From: Octopus vulgaris
Taxonomy: Eukaryota
Assembly (NCBI GenBank): GCA_951406725.2
Contig: OX597824.1
Span: 74,028,001-74,092,000 of the forward strand
Direction of reading: 5' to 3'
Length of the DNA stretch: 64,000 bases
Under the pieces are notes generated by a model, which saw only the letters and a program-made list of their open reading frames with translations, was not told the origin of the DNA and made no database searches. Position numbers and translations under genes: made by a program. Positions within the stretch are counted from its first letter, which is position 1. The number at the start of each line of letters is the position of its first letter. Positions 26,925-39,362 of the stretch are shown in pieces.

Positions 26925-27888
26925 TCTCTCTCTCTCTCTCTCAATATATATATATATATATATATTGTTGAGTCTGGGGAGAGTCATTCTGTTTTAATAC
27001 CTTATAAATTAACACACTCACTACTCCAATTTCCACTCATTTACTTTTTTATTTTTCCTAAAATTTTCATTGCTTCTTACAACCTCTTACAATCTCCCAA
27101 GATACAGCAAAATATGCTTCAACACATGAAATCACATAGAGAATCTTGCAAACCAAATACAAAAGTGAAATTATATATATATCTTATACATAAATGGCAA
27201 GTTGTCTGTTACCCAAACAAAGGAACCAATCTTCACCAAACTTTGTATACATGTTGAACTAACATCCAGTTTAATTACAGGCTAATTGGATTTCAATTAA
27301 AATCAATATTGGACCGACTACAGGAGTTAGGCTATTATATGATAAAATGAGAGGGTCCAAAAGTGTTAGGTTCAGGAAAATGTGTCATAATGAGGATGGC
27401 TGATATCAGGGCAGGGGAGGAGACAGGAAGAGATAGACACACAGGGAATGTGAGAGATAGACAGAATGACAGACAGGGTCGTCTTCTATATATTTAAAAG
27501 AGAATTTGCATGTGTGTGCATATCTTCCTTATGCATTTGAAAACTGAGTCACTGATTTTGGTGTAAAAATATTGCAGCAAAGAATGCCAGTTCTTCTAAT
27601 TTATCACACTGTATAGTTTTCATCTTTTAAATTTATTGTACAAAACTGTTCAGCTAATTTGTAAGTTTGTCTAATTAGTCACTATTTTCTGTATTTAAGG
27701 TAGTAAATTAGGCAAATTCTACTTAAATAAGTATAGTGTTATTTGTAAACTATAATAAAATATTTTTTAATATTCAAATTTTAATTTTAGCTGCAATATT
27801 TTAAGTAAAAAGTTTCCTAGTCTTTACTTTACTTGAAGTAATAGTTTGTCCTATACTTTCACAGGCATAATAACCTGTCCTGTTGGTG

Positions 27889-28206
27889 AGGGCGCGTGGC
27901 TTAGTGGTTAGGGCATTCGGCTCATGATCGTAAGGTTGTGAGTTCGATTCCCAGCGACGCGTTGTGTCCCTGAGCAAGACACTTTATTTCACGTTGCTCC
28001 AGTCCACTCAGCTGGCAAAAATGAGTTGTACTTGTATTTCAAAGGGTCAGCCTTGTCACTCTCTGTGTCATGCTGATTTTCCCCGAGAACTACGTTAAGG
28101 GTACACGTGTCTGTGGAATGCTCAGCCATTTGCACGTTAATTTCACGAGCAAGCTGTTCCGTTGATCGTATCAGCTGGGACCCTCGTCGTCGTAACCGGC
28201 GGAGTC
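27889..28206 (+). mobile_element. SINE family B head with a different 3' body
   Basis: A/B boxes and core shared with family B. The 3' part resembles the reverse of about 14210-14360. Confidence 0.75.
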
Positions 28207-28889
28207 TTTTAGAACCTGTCCTGTACTTTTCCAGGTTTATAATCTTAAGAATATTACTTTTCATGCTTGCATTTTTCCATGTAATCCATGATTTTTCCAG
28301 GCATTGCTGTTATAAGATCATTAATAATGTGTCAATTAATAATTTAGGATTTTACCTTATAAAATACTGGGTAGGGGGATACATTGGCTGCTATTTTTAG
28401 CATGTTGAGCAACCAGGTAGAGGCTCTTTCATTGGTTTGATTGCATGATGAATTTTTTTTTTTTACATATATATGTATAATATGCATATATATCAGCAGC
28501 AGAAGTTAGAGAGCAAATCAAAAGCTGAGAGTTTTGTGTATTGGCACTTACCAAACACGAATTTGTCCATTGCCACTCTGAAACTTGTGACGAAATAACT
28601 TCTAAAATACAAAGTTTTTTCAAAAAATTTTAAGAGTAAACCCTGTTGTATGTGACACATTGTACCAGTCTCAGAAGTTTCAAAGTGTTTAGTTAAAAAA
28701 AATTAATCAAATAATCTGTATGTCAAATTGAATAGATCTGAAATGGATAAAAAGATGACCTCAGCGGAATTTGAACTCAAAATGTAAGCACAGGCAAAAT
28801 ACAGCTAAGCATTTGTGTGTATATATATATATATGTATGTATATATATATTTGTGAGCGTATATTTGTAAATATATGTATATATATATT

Positions 28890-29056
28890 TATGTGACCGC
28901 GTGTGTACTGTTGGCAATTTTTTCTTCTGTCTTCCCTTCTCGGGATCTTTCCTTTTCCTCTGTTTCCCTTCCTTCCTGAGCGTCCAATAATACTATATTT
29001 GTTCCACGTCCGCACGTTGTGTTTTCTCTTTGTGTTTTCATGTTTGGATTAACTTC
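28890..29056 (+). mobile_element. Same short element as 41750-41948, with the hammerhead segment deleted
   Basis: Shares atgt(g/a)accgcgtgtgta...cctgagcgtccaataa...gttccacgtc...catgtttggattaact and is flanked by (TA)n. Confidence 0.6.
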
Positions 29057-29449
29057 ATATATATATATATATATATATGCATACATATAGATATATACAC
29101 ACATATATATATACATATACATACACATATATATACATATACATACACATATATATACATATACATACACACACAGACATTATATACATACATACATACA
29201 TATACATATATACATATATATATACATATATACATACATATATACACATATATATACATACATATATATACACATATATACATACATATATATACACATA
29301 TATACATACATATATATACACATATATACATACATATATATATACATATATATACATACATATATATATACATATATATACATACATATATATATACATA
29401 TATATACATACATATATATATACATATATATACATACATATATATATAC

Positions 29450-29486
<37 letters not shown>

Positions 29487-29778
29487 CATATACATACATA
29501 CATATATATACATATACATACATACATATATATACATATACATACATACATATATATACATATACATACATACATATACATACATATATATATATACATA
29601 TACATACATACATATACATACATATATATATATATATATACATATACATACATATATATATATACATATATATATATACATATACATATACACATATATA
29701 TATATACATATATATATATACATATATATATATACATATACATATACATACATATATATATATACATATATATATACA
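29057..29778. repeat. (TA/CA)n compound microsatellite
   Basis: Direct inspection. Confidence 0.96.
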
Positions 29779-30303
29779 ATGAAAGATAGGGAGAAGAGAT
29801 AGATAGATAAATAGATAGATAAGGACTCCCATAGATAGATAGATGGGGATAGCCATGGAATATGTTTACATGGTAGTGGAAACACTATGCTTAATGTGAT
29901 AAATTTGACAAGCAATTGTCCCACATACAGAGACAAAATACTAAAACATTACCAGTTGTGTTACTCCAACACTGTGTTTTAAGAAGACATCATAAGTACC
30001 CCCACCCTCTCTATCTCTCTTTCTTTCATACACACATCATACCCCTTGACATTGGAGTCAAGTTCCAATGTCAAGGTTGCAGAGTGAGGTGATTGGTGGA
30101 TTGTTGTCTGAGACAAAACAAGCTAGTTGAACTGTGGTGTGAAAGTGAATATTCTCATTGTAATCTGGGACCTATTCTTGATTGAAAGGCAGTAGTCTGA
30201 AAATGTTCACACTGACCTGGTACCTATCCCTGATAACAGATATTAATAGATTCAATGAACAGTAAAAATTAGCCTATTATCATTCAAAAGCTACTGGAGC
30301 TTA

Positions 30304-30639
30304 TCTATATATATAAAAGTGAAGTTGTGTGAGTGTCTGTCTCCTACGATTTAGATTCCTAACTACTCCCACATTTTGCGGTGCAGTTTAACCAAATCCG
30401 GGTATCTTATAGTCGTGATTAATATCGAGCCCGTCTGGGTATTAGCGCGCGTCTACGATGAGTCTACGATTTAATGCATTTTTTCGCTATTATATAAGGG
30501 AAGTAACTCTCTAAAAATGTCTACGATGAGTCAACGATTTAAAAAAAAATTTACCATCATTTTTTTGCTATAACTCTCTAAAAGTGCTTATATAGTTATT
30601 TCCCTTACAAACCCGAGCAACACCGGGCGATACTGCTAG
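30304..30639 (+). mobile_element. Non-autonomous Helitron (internally shortened)
   Basis: A|TC...hairpin...CTAG|T. Confidence 0.85.
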
Positions 30640-30771
30640 TTAAGAATAAATAAACATTTAGTCGTTTTGAATCTTGCTGTTCACCATCCATAGGACAATT
30701 TATTATTGGTTGGCAGATATCAGCACAAATCAGTGAACAATTTGTTCACTGAAATTATAAACAAGGTCAGT

Positions 30772-31127
30772 CTTGTTTTGTTTTGTCTTGAGACAGCATT
30801 CACCCGGGGTGGGTTGAGCTGGCTTCATTCATCCTCAATGCTGCATCTCTCACAAACACCGACCAGACCAGACCTGACAATTTGAGGCTAACGGCCATGT
30901 GATCTCCAACCACTCCTTATTCCAGCGGCGGACGCTGTATATACGGGAGCCTAGCATGGGTTCCTGATCAGCCTTGACTGTCGTCAGCCAGGTTTTTCAT
31001 TGTCCACCACATCGCTTTCGCCAATCCTGAAGGGGAGCTGGGGCAATATGAATTCTCCTGGTTGACGACAGAGGGCATGACCCAGCCAATGCAGACGACA
31101 CAGAAGAACGCATTTCTTTGGCTTTTG
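30772..31127 (-). mobile_element. 5'-truncated RTE-type LINE with 13-bp TSD
   Basis: TSD AAACAAGGTCAGT (30759-30771 and 31128-31140). Translation RLHWLGHALCR..WRKRCGGQ*KTWLTTVKAD..RRWNKEW and a CAAAA-type tail. Confidence 0.78.
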
Positions 31128-32748
31128 AAACAAGGTCAGTGGCTCCTATTAGATTCAATAGTCCAGGTAGTTCTGATTACTGAGACACAACATGTCAAAA
31201 CATCAGTAGCCCAGAATCCTTTATTTCAATGTATTAAGTGTGTTATGAATACATAGTCGTTATAAAAGAGAAGCTGTTCTCCTGTGACAAACACAACAAT
31301 TAGCATGTATGCATTCAAATCGGCTGGAATGCATTAAGAATAAATGTGCATTTCATTATTCTGATTAATAAAATGTTCTGCCTGAAAACAAAAAATGAAA
31401 CAAAAGCCACAAGTATGAACTTGTGACTCATAATAAACATGTACATTGATACTATATCCTTCAACCATGTCGCCAACTTCATAAATAATTAAGCTGACAT
31501 TTTAAATATTATATCTTGCTGTTGCATTGGAGAATAAAACAATAAAACAAACTTGATTTGTTAATGAGAAAAGGATACAGCTCGAAGATTTACAAATCAA
31601 CAACAGAAATAAGCTGAATATGGTTGAATGAGATAATTAGGAAATATTAGTGGTTAGCTAACAATGTTGACACAATAGCACTCAGTTGTATGTGTTCATA
31701 GTCAAGTGGACTACTCTCATCTTGTATCAAGTGTCTTGACTAACTATTCTTAAGTGGAGAAGACTGTCTTGTTTACAATTGTTCGTTTTAGCACTAGGTC
31801 AGTTCTGGCTGGACATATATTTGAACAATGAAATTACAATTACAAGAATACAATACTGAATGGACTCCAGCACTTTTCAAGATGGTAGAGTGAAATTTAA
31901 CCCCTTAGTATTCACACTGGCCAAAATATTTTGTTTTATGTTCAAACTGACCACCAGATTAGACCTCTTGCACCTACTTTACAATGTAATTCTAAGACTA
32001 AATAATCACATCATTAAAATCTCAAAGCTACAAGATAATGTATGATAAATTCAAAACAATATGAATAAACAAACATACTTGTCAGAGTGAAGGCGCACGG
32101 CTCAGTGGTTAGAGCATCGAGCTTATGAGTTCGATTCCCAGACCGAGCTGCGTGTTGTGTTCTTGAGCAAGACACTTTATTTTCTCGTTGCTCCAGTTAA
32201 CTCAGCTGTAGAAATGTGCTGTGACATTACTGGTGCCAAGCTGTATCAGCCTTTGTCTATCCCTTGGATAACATCAGTGGTGTGGAAAGGGGAGGCTGGT
32301 ATGCATGGGCGACTGCTGGCCTTCCATAAACAACCTTGCCCGGACTTGGGCCTCAGAGGGTGACTTTCTAGGTGCAATCCCATGGCCCTCTTCCTCCTTG
32401 TAATCTGAATACTAAAGGGATAAGAAAATCTGACTGCTATTTCTTGCAGGACAAGCAACCTTATAAAAATTCCTTTCTTGGCTCATCATCAGCATCATTT
32501 TTAACATCCACATTTCCATGTTTACATGGGTTAGATGGAGTTTATTGAAGCAAATTTCTACAGATACCCTTTCTGTCAACAACCCTAACCTGTTTCCAAG
32601 CAAGGTAATATATTCCCCATGACCAGCTGTGTCTGCAGATTACTGGAAATTAATGACACTGATAGTATATGACAGCAATACTCATTTACAACTATCATCT
32701 GACGTCAAGACAAAGAGACACAAACATACATTCACACACACATATATA

Positions 32749-32935
32749 ATTCTTTATAGCCCACAAGGGGCTAAACATAGAGGGGACAAACAAGGATAGA
32801 CAAAGAGATTAAGTTGCGTACAACGACCCTAGTGCATAACTGGTATTTATTTAATCGACCCTGAAAGGATGAAAGGCAAAGTCGACCTCGGCGGAATTTG
32901 AACTCAGAACACAGTGGTAGACGAAATACTAACGA
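32749..32935 (-). mobile_element. SINE family A, 5'-truncated
   Basis: Reverse complement of the family A core and tail. Confidence 0.75.
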
Positions 32936-33327
32936 TTATATACAAAAATGCATACATGTACATACACTAAAAAAAGAAAATTTTCTTTCCTCACACACGT
33001 AATATTTGTTCTATTAGAATGTCATGTTTTTTAATACTAAGCATGTTTAAGTGCTGCTTTATTTGTGAGACATTCATGTGTGTGTGCTTAATTGCCAACA
33101 TACAGATAAATTCACACACAAACACATGTATGTATGCATGCATGCATATACGTGTATCTGGAAAAAAAAAATGAATACACATATTTTTGTTTGTGTAAAC
33201 ATACTAACATATACGTTTACACCCATATATTTATGTGTGTGTTTGTGAACTTGTAAACATTTGCATACACAAATACATGACCATAGACACAAACACAAGT
33301 AGAAAAATGTACTCTGCTTGTGTGTGC

Positions 33328-33842
33328 GTATATATATATATATACATACACACACACATATATATACATACATACACACATAAATACATACATACACATA
33401 TATATACATACACACACACATATACATACATAAATATATATATATATATATATACACACACATATATATACATACACACACACACATATATATATATACA
33501 TACACACACACATATATATACACATACACACACATATATATACATACACACACACAATATATATATATATATACACATACACACATATATATATATACAT
33601 ACATACACACACACACACATATATATACATATATGTATACACACACACATATATATACATACATACACACACACATATATATATATATATACATACACAC
33701 ATATATATACATACATACACACATATATATATACATACATACACACATATATATACAAACATACACACATATATATATACACACACACATACATACATAC
33801 ACATATATATATATACACACATATATATACATACACACACAT
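33328..33842. repeat. (TA/CA)n compound microsatellite
   Basis: Direct inspection. Confidence 0.96.
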
Positions 33843-34209
33843 CAATGTCATCATCATCATTTAATGTACATAATGACATACAAATGTACATGTGTAACAA
33901 TACATGCATATATGCATATAGACACTTGTACACGTGCACACACACACACACACATAAATTTGCATATAGTCCAAAGGCACCAACTCTGCTGAACTTTTCA
34001 TAAGACACAAGAAATGGCTGGCTAAATGTCAAGGAATATGGTGGTATTAACAAAGAAATCGGTCTACAGACAAAAGAATAAAACAAACAGAAATGATGAC
34101 ATCAAATCTGAAATGTTAATAACAGTACAGTAAAAAGGAGTAGTGTGAGCAAACATAATGAGGAAGGACAGATAAGTTGGATGGAGGTGTTTTATACACA
34201 AGTAGTGAG

Positions 34210-34433
34210 GCGGCGAGCTGGCAGAACCGTTAGCGCGCCGGGTGAAATGCTAAGCGGTATTTCGTCTGTCGTTACATTCTGAGTTCAAATTCCGCCGAGG
34301 TCGACTTTGCCTTTCATCCTTTCAGGGTCGATAAATAAAGTACCAGTTACGCACTGGGGTCGATGTAATCGACTTAATGTCTGTCCTTGTTTGTCTCCTC
34401 TGTGTTTAGCCCCTTGTGGGTAGTAAAGAAATA
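34210..34433 (+). mobile_element. SINE family A
   Basis: 17-bp TSD TATACACAAGTAGTGAG. Confidence 0.85.
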
Positions 34434-34643
34434 TATACACAAGTAGTGAGTTCTGAGGAACAAAGGCTGTTGTGATAGTGTGATAGAATTATAAATGCTG
34501 TTGGTTGAGAAGTTAGTGTTGGCCAAGGAGTTTTTGCTAAGCAGCAGGCTAGATCTCTTTTGCATCTGCTATCAGGTGGTTGTATGTAGCAGCACTGCCT
34601 CAAATGTGGGAACAGTATTTCATAGTGGATCTCAAAGTATATA

Positions 34644-35128
34644 CTGTAAATCGTCGAGAATAATCCGCATTTTTTCCCCAAAATTTAAAGGTCAAAATCT
34701 CTAGTGCGTACTATATACGAGGTTAAAATTGAAAATTATTTTCTAAGCAATGTCCGAGTCTCTATTTGCTGTCTGGCAATGTTTATTCAGACGCATTTTG
34801 TGATGTCGGGTGCAAAAATACCTTAAGCTAAGCCTGAAAGCAATGAAGTCATAAAAGAACCATCCATAACTTGCAGTAAGCAAAATTTATTAAATGTTAT
34901 TTCTTTATTTTCTGCAAACAAAATGCACAAAAAAGCTACACGTTTGCATTATGTTATATATACAATAATAATAAAGGACGATACCATATAGTTTTATAAA
35001 CCAAGGACATTATATAGACCTCCTTGACTCAGGTTAGAGAAGATGTGCGTATTATACACAAGGTTTAGAGTTTTCAGAGGTACAGCCCCTCTAAAAATCC
35101 TCTGCGTATTATACTCAAGGATTTACAG
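34644..35128. mobile_element. pogo/Tigger-like MITE
   Basis: TA|CTGTAAATCGTCGAGAATAA ... TTATACTCAAGGATTTACAG|TA, with subterminal TGCGTATTATAC repeats. Confidence 0.72.
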
Positions 35129-36845
35129 TAGTTATATTCCTTATAAGCCCACATGCTATTTTATGATCATGGAATCATTGACAGTCATTAGAGCATTGGA
35201 CAAAATACCTTGTGGTGTTTACTCCAGTTCCTTGCTTTCTGAATTCAAGTCCTGCTGAGGTTGATAAAATAAAATTCTAGTATAGGCCTGTGTACTGGAA
35301 GAGTCTCTTACAACACTGGACAGGATGCTTTGCTACGTTCTGTTCTGGACCTTTGTATTCCGAGTTCTTACTCAGATCATAGGCATGAATCTGTCATCCA
35401 ATTCACATACTATCAAATGGGGTAAAGACCCCCACCACCACACACCTACCTTTGGTCATGAGTGACCATGGGATTGCACCTAAAAGTTACTCTCCGAGGT
35501 ACAAGTCCAGCAAGGTTGTTTGTGGACAACCAGCAGCAGTCACCCATGCATATCAGTCTCCCCGCCTCATGCCACCAATGTTGTCCAAGGGAAAGGCAAA
35601 GGCCGATACAGCTTCGCACAAATTGAACTGGAACATGAAATAAAGCATCTTGCTCAAGAACACAACTCACAGCCTGGTCCAAGAAATCAAACTCACAACT
35701 CTAAGCCCAACACTAACCACTGAGCCATTTGCCTTTACTTTCTCATACATCTTGAGCATATTGCTTCTCTTTGTATTGACCGACAGAACACTGCATCCAT
35801 AAAATATTCTGTGCTTCTTGAAATTCTCCAACACTGCTCCTGACATGCCTAAGCATCTTTTTCCTGTTTTGTATTTTATTGTATACTATACATGTACTTC
35901 TCTTTCATTGTTGCCTTCCTCTACAGGACTTCTATCTGTCCTGTGTCTCCTTTTGTAACCTTTTCCATTGAGTGATAGTGCACCTCCACACTGTATAACA
36001 ATAAGCTCATTACTGAACAATTTAGAGTGCTAGGAAACAGACATCAACATTTTGGCTCTTTGTAGCTGTCATAGTAAAAATTATGAAGAAAATGTGACTA
36101 TGTTGGCCAACCCATGTCAGCCAGTAAAGACAAAGAATTGTTATACAAGCCAGCAAGGGAACTTCCACAAAAGTTGCATGAATTACAAGAAATAGAGCCA
36201 AATTTCCCTCAAAAGTCAAACCTTATTGTCACAGATAAAATCTGATTAAAGCTGAATAGAAAGCTATCAGTTATACAGAAAAATTCCCCTGCATACACAA
36301 ACACTGAAACCAGAACCATGTGGTTGGTAAGCAAGCTACTTACCACACAGCCACTCCTGCACCTATAAAATACCTCATGAAGCTTTGTTTGGAACAGGGC
36401 TTCAGTGAAAGACACCCACCCAAGGTGCCATGCAGTGGAATTGAACTGGACACAACATGATTAGGAAGCAAACTTCTTAATCACACAGTCTGAGTTCAAA
36501 TCCTGTCACTTAGATAACCTTTACCTTTCATCCATTCAGGATTTGATCAAATAAAAATACCAATAAAAATCTGGGGTTGATGACATTGATTAATCCCTTC
36601 TCTCAAAATTTCAGGTTTTACACTTTTGTAGAAATGATTGTTAAGCTGAAATACCTTCAGAAAATATGAAGCTACAACCCAAGAAGGGTACTTTAGAAGG
36701 GAAAAAACATGTGGGGTAAAAAATTTAAAATAAACATGAAGAAACTAGTGAAAAAAATTTGATATATTTCAATGAACAAAAAAAAAAAAAATTCTGATGT
36801 GGTAAATTTAACTTTTTTTTTTATTTTTTATTTTTTTGTTTATTT

Positions 36846-36992
36846 CTATAGTTTGATTCCGTAAAGTCTTTGTGTATTCTCCAGGCAAGCTTTTAGAACT
36901 TCCTTCACACTGATGTTCTTTAGGTTTGCGACAGTTTCTGCGACAGTGAAAGCCATTCCCGGATGTGAGGTAACCATTGCATTCTGGGAAAC
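36846..36992 (-). CDS. TATDN2: TATDN2-like last coding exon (VSQNAMVTSHPGMAFTVAETVANLKNISVKEVLKACLENTQRLYGIKL*)
   Basis: TatD C-terminal S.P...VA..+A.+K and N...L(F/Y)G pattern. Acceptor ttttgtag and TAG stop at 36846-36848, followed by AATAAA motifs. Confidence 0.92.
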   Translation of the reverse strand, partial: VSQNAMVTSHPGMAFTVAETVANLKNISVKEVLKACLENTQRLYGIKL

Positions 36993-37039
36993 CTACAAAA
37001 ATGATGAACAAATTGTTAAGAATGAGAAAGTAAAGTTTG

Positions 37040-37275
37040 GGGATCTATCTTCTTTGGCTGCTCACAATGTTAGAGAGAGACACTAAAATTTGTCCTCAAA
37101 TGTGACACGACAAGCACTTGACTGGAACCCGCAGGGAAAAAGGAAGCGAGGACACTCGAAGCAGACATGGAAGTGGAGCATTTTGGACGAGCAGCCTGAC
37201 ATGAGAAGCAGCCAAGAAACACGCCAATGACCGCAAAAAGTGGAAAACAATTTCAGATGAAGATAGATTCCAGTT
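37040..37275 (+). mobile_element. RTE-type LINE 3' fragment, antisense in a TATDN2 intron
   Basis: Translation TRQALDWNPQGKRKRGHSKQTW. Confidence 0.65.
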
Positions 37276-37284
37276 ATATTGGAA

Positions 37285-37700
37285 TCATCATCATCATCGT
37301 TTAACGTCCGCTTTCCATGCTAGCATGGGTTGGACAGTTCAACTGGGGTCTGGCAAGCCCGAAGGCTGCACCAGGCCAGTCAGATCTGGCAGTGTTTCTA
37401 CAGCTGGATGCCCTTCCTAACGCCAACCACTCCGAGAGTGTAGTGGGTGATTTTATGTGCCACCGACACAGGTGCCAGACGAGGCTGGCAGACGGTCACG
37501 CTCGAATGGTGTTTTTTTATGTGCCACCGACACAGGTGCCAGACGAGGCTGGCAGACGGCCACGCTCGGATGGTGTTTTTTATGTGCCACCGACACAGGT
37601 GCCAGACGAGGCTGGCGAACGGCTACGATCAGATGGTGTTTGTTACGTGCCCACAGCACGGAGGCCAGTCAATGCGGTACTGGCTACGGTCCCGTTCGGA
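37285..37700 (-). mobile_element. (GAT)n-tailed retroposon with internal 63-64 bp tandem repeat
   Basis: CATCATCAT...TTTAACGTCCGCTTTCCATGCTAGCATGGG end. Units start at 37454, 37518, 37581 and 37644. Confidence 0.75.
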
Positions 37701-37926
37701 ATATGTTGCGAAAAATTTTTCAGAAAGGAGGAGTTTTGGAAAATTCACACACCTTAGCTTCATTTCCTCATCGCTTTCAGAAGAATAGGTTTTTGTTTTT
37801 TAATGAAATTTTCTACAAATACCTTTCACATTGTGTAGATTACAATTATATCAGAATTTAATGTAAAAAGAAGAAAAAAGGGAAAAGAGGAAGTAGACAC
37901 ATCACGAGACAAATCTTTTTACTTAC

Positions 37927-38139
37927 CATTGAAGGAATAAAATAGGGAGCATCAGTTTCCAAGAGAAGACGGTCTAAGGATATCCTGTGAGCTGTGTCAT
38001 GGAGTGCCGTGGAGCTTTTGTAAGTCACTTTGGGAGTTAGTCCAATGCAAAGGTTCGGAAAGGCATTCAGCCATTTCTGTGCACAATTATAGGAATTTGT
38101 GTAGCAATGAAGGTGGATGGGCCAGTTCTGAGGACATTC
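37927..38139 (-). CDS. TATDN2: TATDN2-like coding exon 4 (ECPQNWPIHLHCYT...NLCIGLTP...ISLDRLLLETDAPYFIPSM)
   Basis: TatD HC(F/Y) and ETDAP motifs. 213 nt, phase 0/0. Acceptor ttattcaag and donor ATG|GTAAGT. Confidence 0.93.
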
Positions 38140-38876
38140 CTTGAATAAAATAGAAGGGAAATTATTCTTAAAATATTAAATGTATTTTGTAATAAGCACA
38201 TAAGATGTGTGTGTGTGTGTGCATTCTTGTCTTGACATCACATGGTGTTTATAAGTGAGCACCACCATCATACAAGTGATGTTCATTTTCAGTCTTCTGG
38301 AGAAATGTATGTGGCCATGGAAAAATATTACATTGCTTGGAAACAGGAAAGGATTGGTGACAGGGGCTGTAGAAAACCTGCCACAAATTCCATCCAATTC
38401 TTGTAAGCATGGAAAAGGAAAAAGTGGACATTAAATGATGATGATGGTTTATGCACACACAGACACACATTCATATATATATATACTCTGTGTATATAGC
38501 CTTTAGCATTTAAACTGGCCGTATCTCACCCAAGTACTGTTTTATGTTCAAATTAATCTATCAGGCTCAAATATACTTGTTTTATGTTAAAACTGGTCGG
38601 ACCTTGCCTCTCACACCTACCCTACAATGTCATTCTAAAAATAAACAATCACCTTATTGAAACCATAAGGCTATGAGATAATACATGATTGACTATAGGA
38701 ATATGTAAGAACAAGCAAAACGCCCCCCACCCCACCAAATGGATGGTGCTGAGTTGTCAAACATTTAAACCAACTTTTCTAAAAACAACTTGTCCGACCG
38801 TCCCATAGGCCTCCCCTTTGAGAAACACTGATTTAACCTAAATTTGAGGCACCAGCAGAAGACGGATTTCAATTGA

Positions 38877-39170
38877 TAATAATAATAATAATAATAATAA
38901 TTGTGTACAGTGCTCAGGTGCACTACAACTCATCTAAAGTGTATATATAATCAGGCGTAGTTTCGGCGGATTTCGGAAAGCATGAGGGCCTTAAAGGATG
39001 CAGTGTCATGGCAGTCAACAACTGACGCAGGCAGTTTATTCCATGCTTCAGCAACTCTGAGCGTGAAAAAATGTTTCCGAAAGTCATGGGAGCTGTGTTG
39101 TTTTCTGACTTTGTAGGCATGTCCACGTGTGTTAGACACATGGAGATCAAAAAGGTGTTCAAATGCATGT
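38877..39170 (-). mobile_element. CR1-type LINE 3' end
   Basis: NTRGHAYKVRKQHSSHDFRKHFFTLRVAEAWNKLP and an (ATT)n tail. Confidence 0.8.
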
Positions 39171-39362
39171 TCCCACGGCTTTATCGATCGCATTCTCACC
39201 TGGAATCGAATTTTGAAATTTTTTCAAGAATTATACACGCCCTGATACTGGCGGTATCTACATATCAAATTTGAGTGCAATCGGGTGAAGGATGCCTGAG
39301 ATCCTAGAAGACACACACACACACACACACACAGACAGACAGAATGGATTTTATATAATAGA
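39171..39362 (-). mobile_element. Helitron/Helentron-like fragment (second family)
   Basis: Minus-strand 5' ATCTATTATATAAAA followed by (TCTG)n(TG)n. The 3' end was not found. Confidence 0.4.

Noticed and set aside
27889-27960. tRNA genes (also 5838, 8030, 14947)
   Set aside because: These are A/B-box tRNA-like heads without a closing acceptor stem, continuing into SINE bodies.
37454-37700. CRISPR-like array
   Set aside because: The units are contiguous tandem repeats without unique spacers, there are no cas genes, and the context is eukaryotic.
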